DNA from: an uncultured Verrucomicrobiae bacterium | Lineage (GTDB): Bacteria > Chlamydiota > Chlamydiia > Chlamydiales > Rhabdochlamydiaceae | Reading direction: 5' to 3' | DNA length: 64,000 bases | NCBI GenBank assembly: GCA_963718565.1 | Contig: OY970364.1 | Span: 128,001 to 192,000 of the forward strand | Part shown: positions 9,522-19,818 of the stretch, in pieces | How positions within the stretch are numbered: position 1 is the stretch's first letter | Layout: the number at the start of each line of letters is the position of its first letter | The notes under the pieces: model-generated | The model's input: only the letters and a program-made list of their open reading frames with translations | Told to the model about the DNA's origin: nothing | Databases searched by the model: none | Program-made: the position numbers and the translations under genes

Positions 9522-11105
9522 ATGTCAACAGCAATAAACGCTCAAAATACTTATCTTTGTCCAGCTCAAGTTAAAGAAAATATTTATCAATTTCTTTTTC
9601 GACCGATGCAGTGTGATACGACTCTGATGAAGGTAGCAGCTGTCGCAACGCTTGCTTTATTAACTGTTGCTACCTTAGGTCTATGGCTTATCCCATTTGC
9701 AATTTTTGGGACATTGAGCGGCAGGGAGATCAACGACACACTAAAAGGTTTAGATCCAAAAGTTCTCGAAATTTTACAAAAAACTCCTGCTTTTAAAAAC
9801 TATGCGATTCAATTAGCTCCGGAATCTCCCTATCAAGGGGCGGTGCTTGGATCTGGAAACTTAAGGCCTGCTAACTTTTTCTTTTCCAAATTATTCGAGG
9901 GATCAGGAATCACGACAACTCTTCCTAGAAGTAGAAGATTATTTGCTTTTGAGCAAGACCAGGCAACTGTCCGCAATTATATCGCTTCTCAAAATCCTAA
10001 TCGTGTTGTGAATGTCACAGCCAGAGGATTTGCAGGAGATGTGAGATTGCCTAATGGCTCAACGTTTTGTTGTAACTTTACTGACATTTATGGCGATAAG
10101 ACGTATCAAATTTCCCTTGGGGAGATTCAACAAACACTCGAAAGCCAAAAGATTTTCACAGCACCTGAACTTCCTCTACTCTTTTACCGTGGCTTAAAAT
10201 TAGCGATGCAACTAGATGGGATTGTCACGCTCCCCGTGACTAAGCTGAAAGATGCACCATCCCCCAATGTCCAACGTTTTTTACAACAGGTCGAAATGCA
10301 TGCGCAACACTACGGCTTTAGTTCCCTTGAGCAGTTTCATTGGCTAAAAGAGAGAACTTTCTATCAAGTTGGAGCTCTTGTTGTAAAGACCGAGAATTAC
10401 CGCACATTTGTCGATGCGGATATGAAAATAAAAGAGAGAGGCGTGGGAGAAAATGATGCGATTAATCTGATTAACGCCTGTGGAATTAGACCTTCAGCAT
10501 CACCATCGGATCTTGATAGTAATGCAAAAATCATCAAAGAGATGTTTACCACAGTCCTTGCCTCTGCAGGATCAGGAGATTTAGTTGTTCCCGCCATCGG
10601 AATGGGAGTATGGGGAGGAGATCCTGATGTCTATTGGCGCAGCTTCTTAGAAGCTGTTGCACTTCGTGGAAGCTCTCTTAGCCGCATTTTTGTGAACCCA
10701 TGCCACCAATCCACTCAAAGCGCTGTTTTTACAGGAGCCAAAGGCGAAGAGTTTCAAAGGCTTTTAAATGAGTACATACGCACTTGCCAGGATCCAGGGG
10801 CCATTGAAAACCTACGCAAAATCGTCAATCTTTACGACACCAGGCAGGATGTGGTGCAGTTAGCTGTCAATTTGAAGAAAAACAGCCCTCCGAATCATAA
10901 GGTTTCGCTCATTAACGCTTCCGACCCAGATGTGACTTTAGGTTATCATGTAGGTGAATACGTCAATAATCCCCATATCGGGCATACGACAGAGGAAAAC
11001 TATACGGCAATGGGAACAAATGGCCTTTGTTTTGAAGGGATTACTAACGTCCACCAAGGCCACAGCAATCCCTTGCATAATCCAAGGATTATCCAGGTCG
11101 CATAA
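9522..11105 (+). CDS. Hypothetical protein with N-terminal hydrophobic hairpin and a possible macrodomain-like C-terminus; candidate secreted effector
   Basis: Hydrophobic stretch at about aa 38-63; LVVPAIGMGVWGG loop; SLINASDP and TTEE. Confidence 0.5.
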   Translation: MSTAINAQNTYLCPAQVKENIYQFLFRPMQCDTTLMKVAAVATLALLTVATLGLWLIPFAIFGTLSGREINDTLKGLDPKVLEILQKTPAFKNYAIQLAPESPYQGAVLGSGNLRPANFFFSKLFEGSGITTTLPRSRRLFAFEQDQATVRNYIASQNPNRVVNVTARGFAGDVRLPNGSTFCCNFTDIYGDKTYQISLGEIQQTLESQKIFTAPELPLLFYRGLKLAMQLDGIVTLPVTKLKDAPSPNVQRFLQQVEMHAQHYGFSSLEQFHWLKERTFYQVGALVVKTENYRTFVDADMKIKERGVGENDAINLINACGIRPSASPSDLDSNAKIIKEMFTTVLASAGSGDLVVPAIGMGVWGGDPDVYWRSFLEAVALRGSSLSRIFVNPCHQSTQSAVFTGAKGEEFQRLLNEYIRTCQDPGAIENLRKIVNLYDTRQDVVQLAVNLKKNSPPNHKVSLINASDPDVTLGYHVGEYVNNPHIGHTTEENYTAMGTNGLCFEGITNVHQGHSNPLHNPRIIQVA

Positions 11106-11208
11106 TAACGACGATCGTGAATCACTATTGGCCTTAGCTGTTCGTTTTTTTCTGTCGCAAAATTTTTCACGACAGTATAATGGCCCATCATTTTTGGGGA
11201 AGGATCTC

Positions 11209-13938
11209 GTGTCTGTCGGACAATCAGAACAAGCTGTTCCCGCTGAATTAAGTCTTTCGCCAGAAGGCCAAGTCTATTTCAACCAGGACAGAGAGCCAAG
11301 CGAGCGCCTGACACAAGCTGAGTACGTCAAAATCCATGAGCTTTTCACTCAAGATGCGGCGTGGGCCCTTTTACATCTGGGTCTTCGCGATTTAGGACCT
11401 TCGCTGCCTCCCAGCTTTTTCTTCTGGCAGGCGTTTTCACGCCAGTTTATCATGCGCCTCTGCAGGCTTCAGAGCACTGAAAATCAGGGGAAAATCATTG
11501 TCGATGAGCCGAAGGGCGACGAACTTGCTGCGCTCATCGATCGAGCCCCTTTCATGAGGGGAGCAGAATATCTCTCGAAAGAAATACTGGTTGCAATTTG
11601 GCGGCAGATGGAAACGGTCCTGGATGTGGAGCTGCGCTCATTTCCAAGGTCTTTACAGGAGTATTTAGGTCAGTTTGGCCCCCACTGGAATCAAGTGGGC
11701 CGCGTCTGTTTTCATCTGGCAGAAAATAAAAATAACGAAAAGAAGCCTTTTGCATTTTTGGCTACATTTACAACGCTTAATGTCCACGGGGCGCTTCCTC
11801 AGCATTTGCCTTTGAAACGGGCATTGCAGGAATCCGCAGCGGAAAAAACATCATCTGCCCTTCTTTCTCTCCTCATTCCTGTACAAAAAGCAGCAGCCTT
11901 AAGTCCATTTATTAAAACTCTTGTCGAAACAGGGGCGATTTTTGAGGCCGCCGCATGGACGGCTCATGAGGCGCACCGCTTTTTGCAGGATATCCCTTCT
12001 CTAGAGGCAAGCGGCGTTGTCGTCCGTGTGCCGAACTGGTGGAATCCTCAAAGGCCTCCGAGATTGAAGGCCGAGGTCCATTTGGGAGGGCGTCCCGATT
12101 CTATGCTGGGGTTGAGCAGCCTGCTCGAATTCGATGTTCGGCTGGCCCATGCCAATGGCGAACATCTGACCCGAGAGGAATGGCTTAGCTTGCAGCAAGG
12201 AGAGGGCAGGCTTGTCAAGATCAAAGAACAATGGGTGGAAATTGACCGGGATAAACTCAATGCACTCCTTTCCCATTGGGACCAGCTGAAAAAGGCTTCC
12301 CGCGATGGACTGACAATGGCTGAAGGTTTGCGCCTTTTGGCTGGGATTGAACCATCATCTGTGATCGACAGCAAACAAACAGAATCTTCTCCTGATTGGT
12401 TTCAGGTCACATCAGGAGGTTGGTTGAAGACTGTTTTGGAGAAGTTGAGAGATCCGCAAAGCTGCCAGGAAAAGGCAGTGGAAGAGGCATTAAAAAAAGG
12501 CCTTCGGGGAACTCTTCGCTCCTATCAGCAAAAAGGGGTTCAGTGGCTCTGGACGCTTTACCAGTTGCGGTTGGGCGGATGCCTTGCAGATGACATGGGG
12601 CTTGGAAAAACCGTTCAAGTCCTTTCGCTCCTGTTAGCGATCAAAGAAACTCGCCTTTCAGGAAAGCCCCATTTGCTCATTGTCCCTGCTTCTTTATTGG
12701 GCAATTGGCAGGCCGAATCGACCCGTTTTACTCCAGCGTTAAACCTCTTTGTCGCACACAGCTCAGCGCCTCAGTGCGATGCCGGATTAGAGGGGATCGA
12801 CCTGGTGATCACCACATATGGCTTTGTCTATCGGACTCAATGGCTAAAGGAAGCGAAATGGGATCTCGTCATTTTGGATGAAGCTCAGGCCATCAAAAAC
12901 CCGAATGCAAAACAGACGCTTGCCATAAAGGAACTGATTGCAGATGCGCGCCTAGCGCTCACTGGAACACCGGTCGAGAACCGGCTTGGCGATTTATGGT
13001 CGCTATTTGATTTTATTTCTCCGGGCTTATTGGGATCGGCCAAGACATTTGGCATGTACGCCAAACAGGGAGGCAAAGACGGGATAGAGCGGTCTCAGTT
13101 TATTGCTGCTTTACGCAAACTGACTCAGCCTTATGTCCTCAGACGACTGAAAACCGATAAAAGCATCATCTCCGACTTGCCAGCTAAAACTGAAATGAAA
13201 ACATACTGCCATTTAAGCGCTGAACAAATCCGTTTATATGCTCATGCAATTGAAGAGCTGGCTAAAAACTTGGAGACTACCGAAGGGATGCAGAGGCGGG
13301 GAATCGTCCTGTCTTCCCTGATGCGCCTTAAGCAAATTTGCAATCACCCTGCCCAGTGGCTCGGGTTTGGGGAGTTTGATGAAGAGGGAAGCGGAAAGTG
13401 GGTCCGCTTGCGGGAGATTTGTGAAGAGATCGCAGAAAAACAGGAAAAAGTTCTGGTCTTTACGCAGTTTAAGGAAATCATCAATCCTCTTTTCTCGTTT
13501 TTAACAGGTTTATTCGGGAGAGAAGGTTTGGTGCTTCATGGAGATATCGCCGTGTCGAAACGGGGGTCTTTGGTCGAACGTTTTCAACAAGAGCTTGGGC
13601 CGCCTTTCTTTCTCCTTTCTCTCAAGGCAGGAGGAACAGGGCTGAATCTCACCAAGGCATCCCACGTCATCCATTTCGATCGTTGGTGGAACCCGGCTGT
13701 TGAAAACCAGGCCACTGATCGCGCTTATAGGATTGGACAGAAGCGCCCTGTGCTGGTGCATCAATTTATCTGCTGCGGCACAGTTGAAGAAAAAATCGAC
13801 GCATTGATCGAGTCGAAGAAAAATTTATCAAAAGAATTACTCGATGGGGAGGGGGAGATTTCGCTCACCGAATTATCGAATGAACAGGTGTTGCAAATGG
13901 TCTCTCTCGACATCAAACGCGCAATGGGGGAAGGATAA
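11209..13938 (+). CDS. SNF2-family helicase/ATPase
   Basis: LADDMGLGKT, DEAQ, LTGTPVEN, SLKAGGTGLNL, QATDRAYRIGQ; probable GTG start after GGAAGGA. Confidence 0.93.
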   Translation: MSVGQSEQAVPAELSLSPEGQVYFNQDREPSERLTQAEYVKIHELFTQDAAWALLHLGLRDLGPSLPPSFFFWQAFSRQFIMRLCRLQSTENQGKIIVDEPKGDELAALIDRAPFMRGAEYLSKEILVAIWRQMETVLDVELRSFPRSLQEYLGQFGPHWNQVGRVCFHLAENKNNEKKPFAFLATFTTLNVHGALPQHLPLKRALQESAAEKTSSALLSLLIPVQKAAALSPFIKTLVETGAIFEAAAWTAHEAHRFLQDIPSLEASGVVVRVPNWWNPQRPPRLKAEVHLGGRPDSMLGLSSLLEFDVRLAHANGEHLTREEWLSLQQGEGRLVKIKEQWVEIDRDKLNALLSHWDQLKKASRDGLTMAEGLRLLAGIEPSSVIDSKQTESSPDWFQVTSGGWLKTVLEKLRDPQSCQEKAVEEALKKGLRGTLRSYQQKGVQWLWTLYQLRLGGCLADDMGLGKTVQVLSLLLAIKETRLSGKPHLLIVPASLLGNWQAESTRFTPALNLFVAHSSAPQCDAGLEGIDLVITTYGFVYRTQWLKEAKWDLVILDEAQAIKNPNAKQTLAIKELIADARLALTGTPVENRLGDLWSLFDFISPGLLGSAKTFGMYAKQGGKDGIERSQFIAALRKLTQPYVLRRLKTDKSIISDLPAKTEMKTYCHLSAEQIRLYAHAIEELAKNLETTEGMQRRGIVLSSLMRLKQICNHPAQWLGFGEFDEEGSGKWVRLREICEEIAEKQEKVLVFTQFKEIINPLFSFLTGLFGREGLVLHGDIAVSKRGSLVERFQQELGPPFFLLSLKAGGTGLNLTKASHVIHFDRWWNPAVENQATDRAYRIGQKRPVLVHQFICCGTVEEKIDALIESKKNLSKELLDGEGEISLTELSNEQVLQMVSLDIKRAMGEG

Positions 13939-13939
13939 C

Positions 13940-14710
13940 ATGGGGTACTGGGGGCAATATATATCGGTCGCTGAAAGAAAAGCACGAGCTGCCAAGCATT
14001 TAAAAGCAGCTCAAAAGAAAGGCAAGGCTTTAAATCCCATCATTGTCAAGGGACGCCAGATCGCCCATACTTTTTGGGGAAGAGCCTGGTGCGACAATCT
14101 GGAAAATTACAGTGACTATGAAAACCGCTTGCCGCGAGGGAGGACCTATGTCCGCAACGGTGCCGTGATCGACCTCCAGGTTTCCAAGGGGAAGATCCAC
14201 GCGAAAGTGATGGGTTCTTATCTCTATGAAGTCGATATTGAAATTGAGGAAATGAATCCTTTGAAATGGAAAAGCCTGGTCAAGGCATGCTCTGGAAAAA
14301 TCGATTCTCTGATCGAGCTTTTGCAGGGAAAATTTTCGGACGCCGTCATGGCAATGATCATCGATCCGAATAATGGCCTCTTTCCCCATCCAAACGAGAT
14401 TTCGATGGAATGCAGCTGTCCTGACGGAGTAGGCATGTGCAAACACACCGCAGCGGTCCTTTATGGCATCGGCGCCTGTCTGGATCTGCAACCCGAATGG
14501 CTTTTTAAGTTGCGCCATGTCGATCACCTTGAGCTGATCGTGCAGGCTAGCGCAAATGGGATCATTGCTCTTTCCAAACCTAGCGCAGATGGCTTGGAAG
14601 AAAGCGATCTTTCCTCCCTATTTGGCATCGAAATGGCTGAGACCTCATCATCTAAGCAAGAGACTGTCCAGCCCATCCCTAAACAAAGAAGAAATCGAAA
14701 AAACTCATGA
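13940..14710 (+). CDS. SWIM zinc-finger protein, partner of the SNF2 helicase
   Basis: CSCPD...CKH SWIM motif; RLPRGRTYVRNG; starts 1 nt after the SNF2 stop. Confidence 0.9.
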   Translation: MGYWGQYISVAERKARAAKHLKAAQKKGKALNPIIVKGRQIAHTFWGRAWCDNLENYSDYENRLPRGRTYVRNGAVIDLQVSKGKIHAKVMGSYLYEVDIEIEEMNPLKWKSLVKACSGKIDSLIELLQGKFSDAVMAMIIDPNNGLFPHPNEISMECSCPDGVGMCKHTAAVLYGIGACLDLQPEWLFKLRHVDHLELIVQASANGIIALSKPSADGLEESDLSSLFGIEMAETSSSKQETVQPIPKQRRNRKNS

Positions 14711-14913
14711 CATTGACAGAATCTGCACAGCGGGTTCGGTTGACAGCGGCGAAGATATATACCGCGCTCCGTCAGGTTTTGTGAATTTGGACTGGCTGCG
14801 GCTTTGCCCAATCAATCCTCCCAGTCTTCAAATCATCAACATTACGAAATTATTTTTAACAAGAATTGCTGAATTCTGGCACAATCCTTTAATCACAACA
14901 ATTTTGTTATTGC

Positions 14914-15083
14914 TAACCTGAGTTTTGGGTTCATTTTATAGTAGATTGTCGTAGGCTTCGAGGCAATTTTTGCAAATTTTGGCGCGTTCAATAGTTGGAG
15001 GCACCTATGGACGCGCCAAAATTTGCAAGAAGTGTCCGAAAGATACGGCAAGGTACTATGAAAGGAACCCAAAACTCAGGTTA
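14914..15083. repeat. 170-bp palindromic MITE-like element
   Basis: Perfect 19-bp terminal IR TAACCTGAGTTTTGGGTTC / GAACCCAAAACTCAGGTTA; inner stem TTGCAAATTTTGGCGCGT / ACGCGCCAAAATTTGCAA. Confidence 0.85.
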
Positions 15084-15108
15084 CTAGTGAATCGCGGAGG
15101 AATCAACT

Positions 15109-16846
15109 ATGAAAATCAAATTTATTACCCTCGCTTTAGTAACTGCTACAGTCAACCTTTTTGGCGATCAATCTTCTCCTTATCGATGCAAAATGTCGGG
15201 AAACGAACTAGAGGCAGATATCATAGTAATAGGTGGTGGAGCGGCAGGTTGCGTATTGATGAGCGAGCTATCAGAGAATGGTCACTTTTCAGTATTAGGA
15301 ATAGAGGGGGGGCTAAATTTAACAAATGATCCAGCAATAGAGGCTGTGGGTCTCCCAGCATTCCTATTGGCTGGGACAGGAAAGTACAAGTATTTTTGGC
15401 CAGGATGGAATCAAACCGTACCCATGCCAGGGCTCAATGGACGAACAAGTGATTGGACAACAGGAATGGTGTTGGGTGGTGGCTCATCGATTAACGGATT
15501 ATACTATGGTCGTGGCTCGAACGCCGTGTACTCGCGTTGGGAAGGAGTTTCTGGCAGCAGCAATTGGAGTCTGGACAATATTCTGGCAACCTTCAATGCT
15601 CTTGAGAACTACCAAGGATTGACAATCACACCAGGGGCACGAGGAGACAACGGTCCTGTCAATGTGCTACAGACACCTACGGTGTCGCAGATAACATCGG
15701 ACGTACTATTGCCCGCGTCACAGGCAGCGTTTCCTGGAATTCCAACTGTGGTGGACTATAATGATCCGAGTGTGGAGAATTGCATAGACCCTCGTGCTCA
15801 GTGGTTTATTGATCCTACAGGTACCAAACGAGTGAGTAGCGCGACAGCATATTTAAATAGCACGGTGATGACGCCAGAAGGTCAAGGAGTTAATGGACAC
15901 AAACTGTTTATGCTCTTCGATTCGGTAGCTGTGAAAATAATATTTGACAAACATGGGCGTGCCAAAAAAGTAAAATATATACAGGATGGTCAACTCTTCG
16001 AAGCACGAGCTCGGAAAGCCGTTGTTTTGGCGAGTGGCATCAACAGTAGCAAGTTGCTACAGCTTTCGGGCATAGGTCCGTCGCAAGCGCTAAAGAATGC
16101 AGGGATCAAGCCCGTTTTCATCAATGAGAACGTAGGAAAACATCTCCAAAACCATCCGCTCATCTTCATTACGTTGCTAGCAGATCCCGCAGCTAAGTGG
16201 TATACCACCTGGAGCACCGTATGCATTTACTATCAATAATGTCTACTTGCCAGTAGTGGGCGGTAGTGCAAGCGACCCACGAATGCTACAGATTTTGTTC
16301 GAATACATACCGGCTACCACACAGACACCTCCGCTAGTAGCCATTGGATTTGAGCTTTTGAACCCAGTGAGTGAGGGTAGTGTCACACATCCAAAGTGAC
16401 AACTCATTTCAGATAGCCGCAGCGGACGACGGCTTTTACCAAAATCCTGTAGACCTGGAGAATATGAAGAGTGCCGTCCAGGTCTATATTCGCGATCTGC
16501 TAGAGCAACTAGCCATCATTGACCCGCCTTACTATCAACCCATTCTAGGAGACCCGATCAATCGCAGTCATCCTTTCAGGTTATAACGACGCAGCGGTTG
16601 AGGCAGTACGTGAAAAATAACAGCAATCTTTCACTGGATGTACACCACTTTACATCGCACTGTAAAATGGCTCCTCTGAACGCCGGAGGTGTGGTAGATG
16701 GCAACACACGTGTTTATGGCACAAAGAACGTTTTTGTAGCGGACGACTCCATCTGTCCAGTGATTCCCGATATCAATACGGCAGCATCAGCTATGATGAT
16801 CGGATTACGGAGTAGCGAAATTCTGAAACGTGTCTTGAGCAAATGA
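15109..16846 (+). pseudogene. Secreted GMC (choline dehydrogenase-like) oxidoreductase, about 3 frameshifts
   Basis: Signal peptide; IVIGGGAAG; LGGGSSING; LLQLSGIGP; VGKHLQNHP; C-terminal HHFTSHCKM..GVVD..RVYG..VADDS in other frames. Confidence 0.85.
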
Positions 16847-16869
16847 AAAATAACAATGAGATCATCAAC

Positions 16870-17511
16870 ATGAAAAAAAATATTCTGCTACTTTTAATGT
16901 CACTCTTATTTTTCATGGCAGCTGATGCACAAGCTCAAGAACGGTGTGCTGAAGACAAGCTGCTGTGTTGATAGGACGAATTTCTATGCTAAGATTTTTG
17001 GCGGTGCTAATTTCTTGCAAAACACTACAATCGAAGGAAACAAATCCACATATCAGACAGGGTATATTTTTGCCGGTTCGTTGGGTTATTGTTGGCGTGT
17101 TATGGCTTGCGTTTGGAAGCTGAATATGCTTTTAGAAGAAATGCTATAAGAAAAATCCATTTCTTTACAGAAGGTTCTTCCAAGCATGGACATTTCCAAA
17201 CTTCCTCGTATATGGCCAACCTATTATGGGATTTGCCTTTATCTTCGTGGGGGTGCGCATTTTGGAATATCCAACCTTTTATTGGAGCTGGCATAGGCTA
17301 TGATTTCCAACAAATGCATTCCTCAAATTCTCGTATTGTTTTTAACCAAAAGTGGAACCATTTTTCTTGGCAAGCGATGGCTGGGTTAGCCTATCCGATC
17401 TTCCGCAATACAGAGATTACTTTGGAATACAAATTCCATCAGGGAGGCTGTCATTTCTATAACCACTCCGTCGGAGTTGGGCTCGTATATAAATTTGGCT
17501 TCATAAGGTAA
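16870..17511 (+). pseudogene. Small outer-membrane beta-barrel (Opa/OmpW-like), 2 frameshifts
   Basis: MKKNILLLL signal; FYAKIFGGANF, GLRLEAEYAFR, QPFIGAGIGY, VGLVYKF split over three reading segments. Confidence 0.75.
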
Positions 17512-17520
17512 ATGTTGTGG

Positions 17521-18324
17521 TCAAGCCCGATTTAAATAGGAAGAGACGTATCCTTTGTTTGCTTCTGAGATTGCTTCCATGATAGCAGGATGAACAATTG
17601 TAAAGTTGTCACTTGCGAGCTCTCGAGTCTGATCAATCATCTGACGGAGCTCACAGATCAGGCCATTGACAAGCAAGCCAGACGGCAGTGCCGTTTTTGT
17701 TTTTGCGTTTTTGAATCGTTAACTAACAAAAAGAGTTTAAGTGACTTAGCTCATTTCAGTCTATTGCGATCTTTGGTGATGTGTTGCTGCTTTTAGGCGG
17801 TTGGTGGTCATCCAGTGGTCTTTTTGAATCTTGGTAAGACTCAGAAGCAAAAGTCAAATAATAACCGCGTGCCGTAAACGTTTTGAACTTCTGAAAAATC
17901 AAGCTTCAGAAAATAGGGTTCGAGTTGAATGCTCCATCTTTTATGTGATCCAATATCAAAATGCTGATGATGAGGCCCACCGCCGAAATCATACCATTCA
18001 TACCTCTCATATGCTCGCGGTCAAATGTACTCCATATATGTTTCTTCTTTTGTTTATCGCGGATTTAGTTCAGCCTAGCTGGGGTTAAATACAACCGCAG
18101 TCGATAGATCGGTTTACGCATTGGGAGGAGCCTCGGAACTCTATTATCTAGGATCAAAGAGCAAACTATTTGACAGCATGCCTATTGGTATCAGTGCTCA
18201 GTTTGATTTTGATGGATGTATTGGTATGGATTTTTTGTGCGAATATCCTATTTTTATCGATTATTCCAACAAAGTGGTGTTTATAGATCTTGCAAAAAGA
18301 TCACATGAAGACTTTAGTCTGTAA
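17521..18324. pseudogene. Mosaic of gene fragments (threonine aldolase N-term, DUF1016 N-term, integrase N-term, OMP C-term, aspartyl protease C-term)
   Basis: Minus strand: ELRQMIDQTRE, LASDNFTIVHPAIMEAISEANKG, TIQKRKNKNGTAVW, WSIQLEPYF...RLLFDFCF*; plus strand: DGCIGMDFL. Confidence 0.6.
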
Positions 18325-18332
18325 TCATTTTA

Positions 18333-19625
18333 CTATTCTTTCTGCGACTGAAGGTAGGCAAACTTTACTGCTGGACTTGAGCGCTCAAAGTCATAACCAT
18401 TGTTAGCAATATTCCAAGTCACCCGGCCTTTTAACGACTCAGGAGCAGTCTCGGTAATTGCGGCAAAGATCGCGCGTTTACGATTCTCGCCGTAAGGGTG
18501 GGTGTAAAGGAGTTCCAAATTCTTATGCATCCAGTCCATAATTCCACTTTTGTTTTGGTTTAAAATCTCTTGAAGATAGATCGCTCCGAGAGGATTAAAT
18601 TGAGCTCTGTGCGCGAAGTAAGTCCCTGTAACATCAGCTTCATATTCATTTTTACGCGAGTTGAAAAGACCTACAAGTTCTTTAGCTTTTTCTTCCGCCC
18701 ATTCAAAGACATCATTTAACTTGGAATAAAGTTGCTCCTTGTTCGCCAAAGCATCTATTTCATGCTGTTGTAATTCGGAGGCCGGTTTTTTGCTAAGAGC
18801 TTCATACTCTTTGTCGGTATGTTTCAAATAAGTGATCAAGGCTAGTCGCCCAATGCCCAGTACAATTGAGCGGATAAGGTTGCCAAAGATGGCTACGATG
18901 GAATGTCGCGATGCGACATGCGTCATCTCATGTCCCATCAACGCTGCCAAAACGTCTTCTAAAGTTACTTGGGATAAATCAACTCTTACTTTCGATCCAT
19001 CGGCAAATTCAACTGTAGTTTCTGTGATTGCATTGGATTTGATCGCAGCATCAATCTCTTTAACGAGCTGAGTAAATACTACCATGCCTCCTGCAGGAAC
19101 AGCAAAAGCATTTATCTTTGAGGAAAGTACTGTTTTTACGCGATAATCGAATTTTGTCGTTTCATCTGGTGGATTAAGAAGATCTTGATTTGTGTCCTTA
19201 AGACGTGAGAACACCGATTCCACTTTATCTGCGATACGCTCATAGGTTCCCGGCAAAAGCTCTTGAGTCTCTCTCAGATTACCAGTAGCTAGGGGATAAA
19301 ACACCCAATCTCCTAGCATCTTCTCGATACGGCGAGAAATACCTAAAAAGTGGCGATTGCCATTGATAGGATTGACTGGATAAACGAAATCAAGCAAAGG
19401 TCTCATGATCCGACCCACAGTGTTGTTTGCTGCTTCAGAAATCGCCGAAGAAATGCCCTTCAAACTGCTATCTATTCCATCGATCAAGTTGTAAACTTTA
19501 CTATAGCAGCTTAATCCCATTCCTCCTTGAGATTGAACGTGTTCCTGGCTGTAGCAGGGCAATAAGTGAGTCTGGAACACATCGCTTGCAGCCGACTGAG
19601 AACGATGGAGAACATTTGTTGTCAT
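18333..19625 (-). CDS. M48-family zinc metallopeptidase
   Basis: INAFAVPAGG, HEMTH (HExxH), NEYEAD, YTHP. Confidence 0.88.
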   Translation of the reverse strand: MTTNVLHRSQSAASDVFQTHLLPCYSQEHVQSQGGMGLSCYSKVYNLIDGIDSSLKGISSAISEAANNTVGRIMRPLLDFVYPVNPINGNRHFLGISRRIEKMLGDWVFYPLATGNLRETQELLPGTYERIADKVESVFSRLKDTNQDLLNPPDETTKFDYRVKTVLSSKINAFAVPAGGMVVFTQLVKEIDAAIKSNAITETTVEFADGSKVRVDLSQVTLEDVLAALMGHEMTHVASRHSIVAIFGNLIRSIVLGIGRLALITYLKHTDKEYEALSKKPASELQQHEIDALANKEQLYSKLNDVFEWAEEKAKELVGLFNSRKNEYEADVTGTYFAHRAQFNPLGAIYLQEILNQNKSGIMDWMHKNLELLYTHPYGENRKRAIFAAITETAPESLKGRVTWNIANNGYDFERSSPAVKFAYLQSQKE

Positions 19626-19818
19626 TTTTAACCTCTAATTTTAGAAAAAGTTGACAAATAGTAGAAAAACGATGAAATAAAAACAAGCATAATTGAATTA
19701 TATAACAACTAAAAAGCTGAAATTAGTAAATAAAATATGCAGTTACATGGCAAATATTATTTAATAAAATGTAATGTTGAGAATTATACTGCGCCCAGTA
19801 TAGGTCTTGGCCTGGAAG

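Noticed and set aside
10954..11208. N-terminal 85 aa of the SNF2 ORF as called
   Set aside because: It overlaps the upstream gene and an intergenic TATAAT; the GTG at 11209 has an RBS.
11209..14710. SNF2+SWIM pair as a novel system
   Set aside because: It is a widespread, known gene pair and nothing unusual was seen here.
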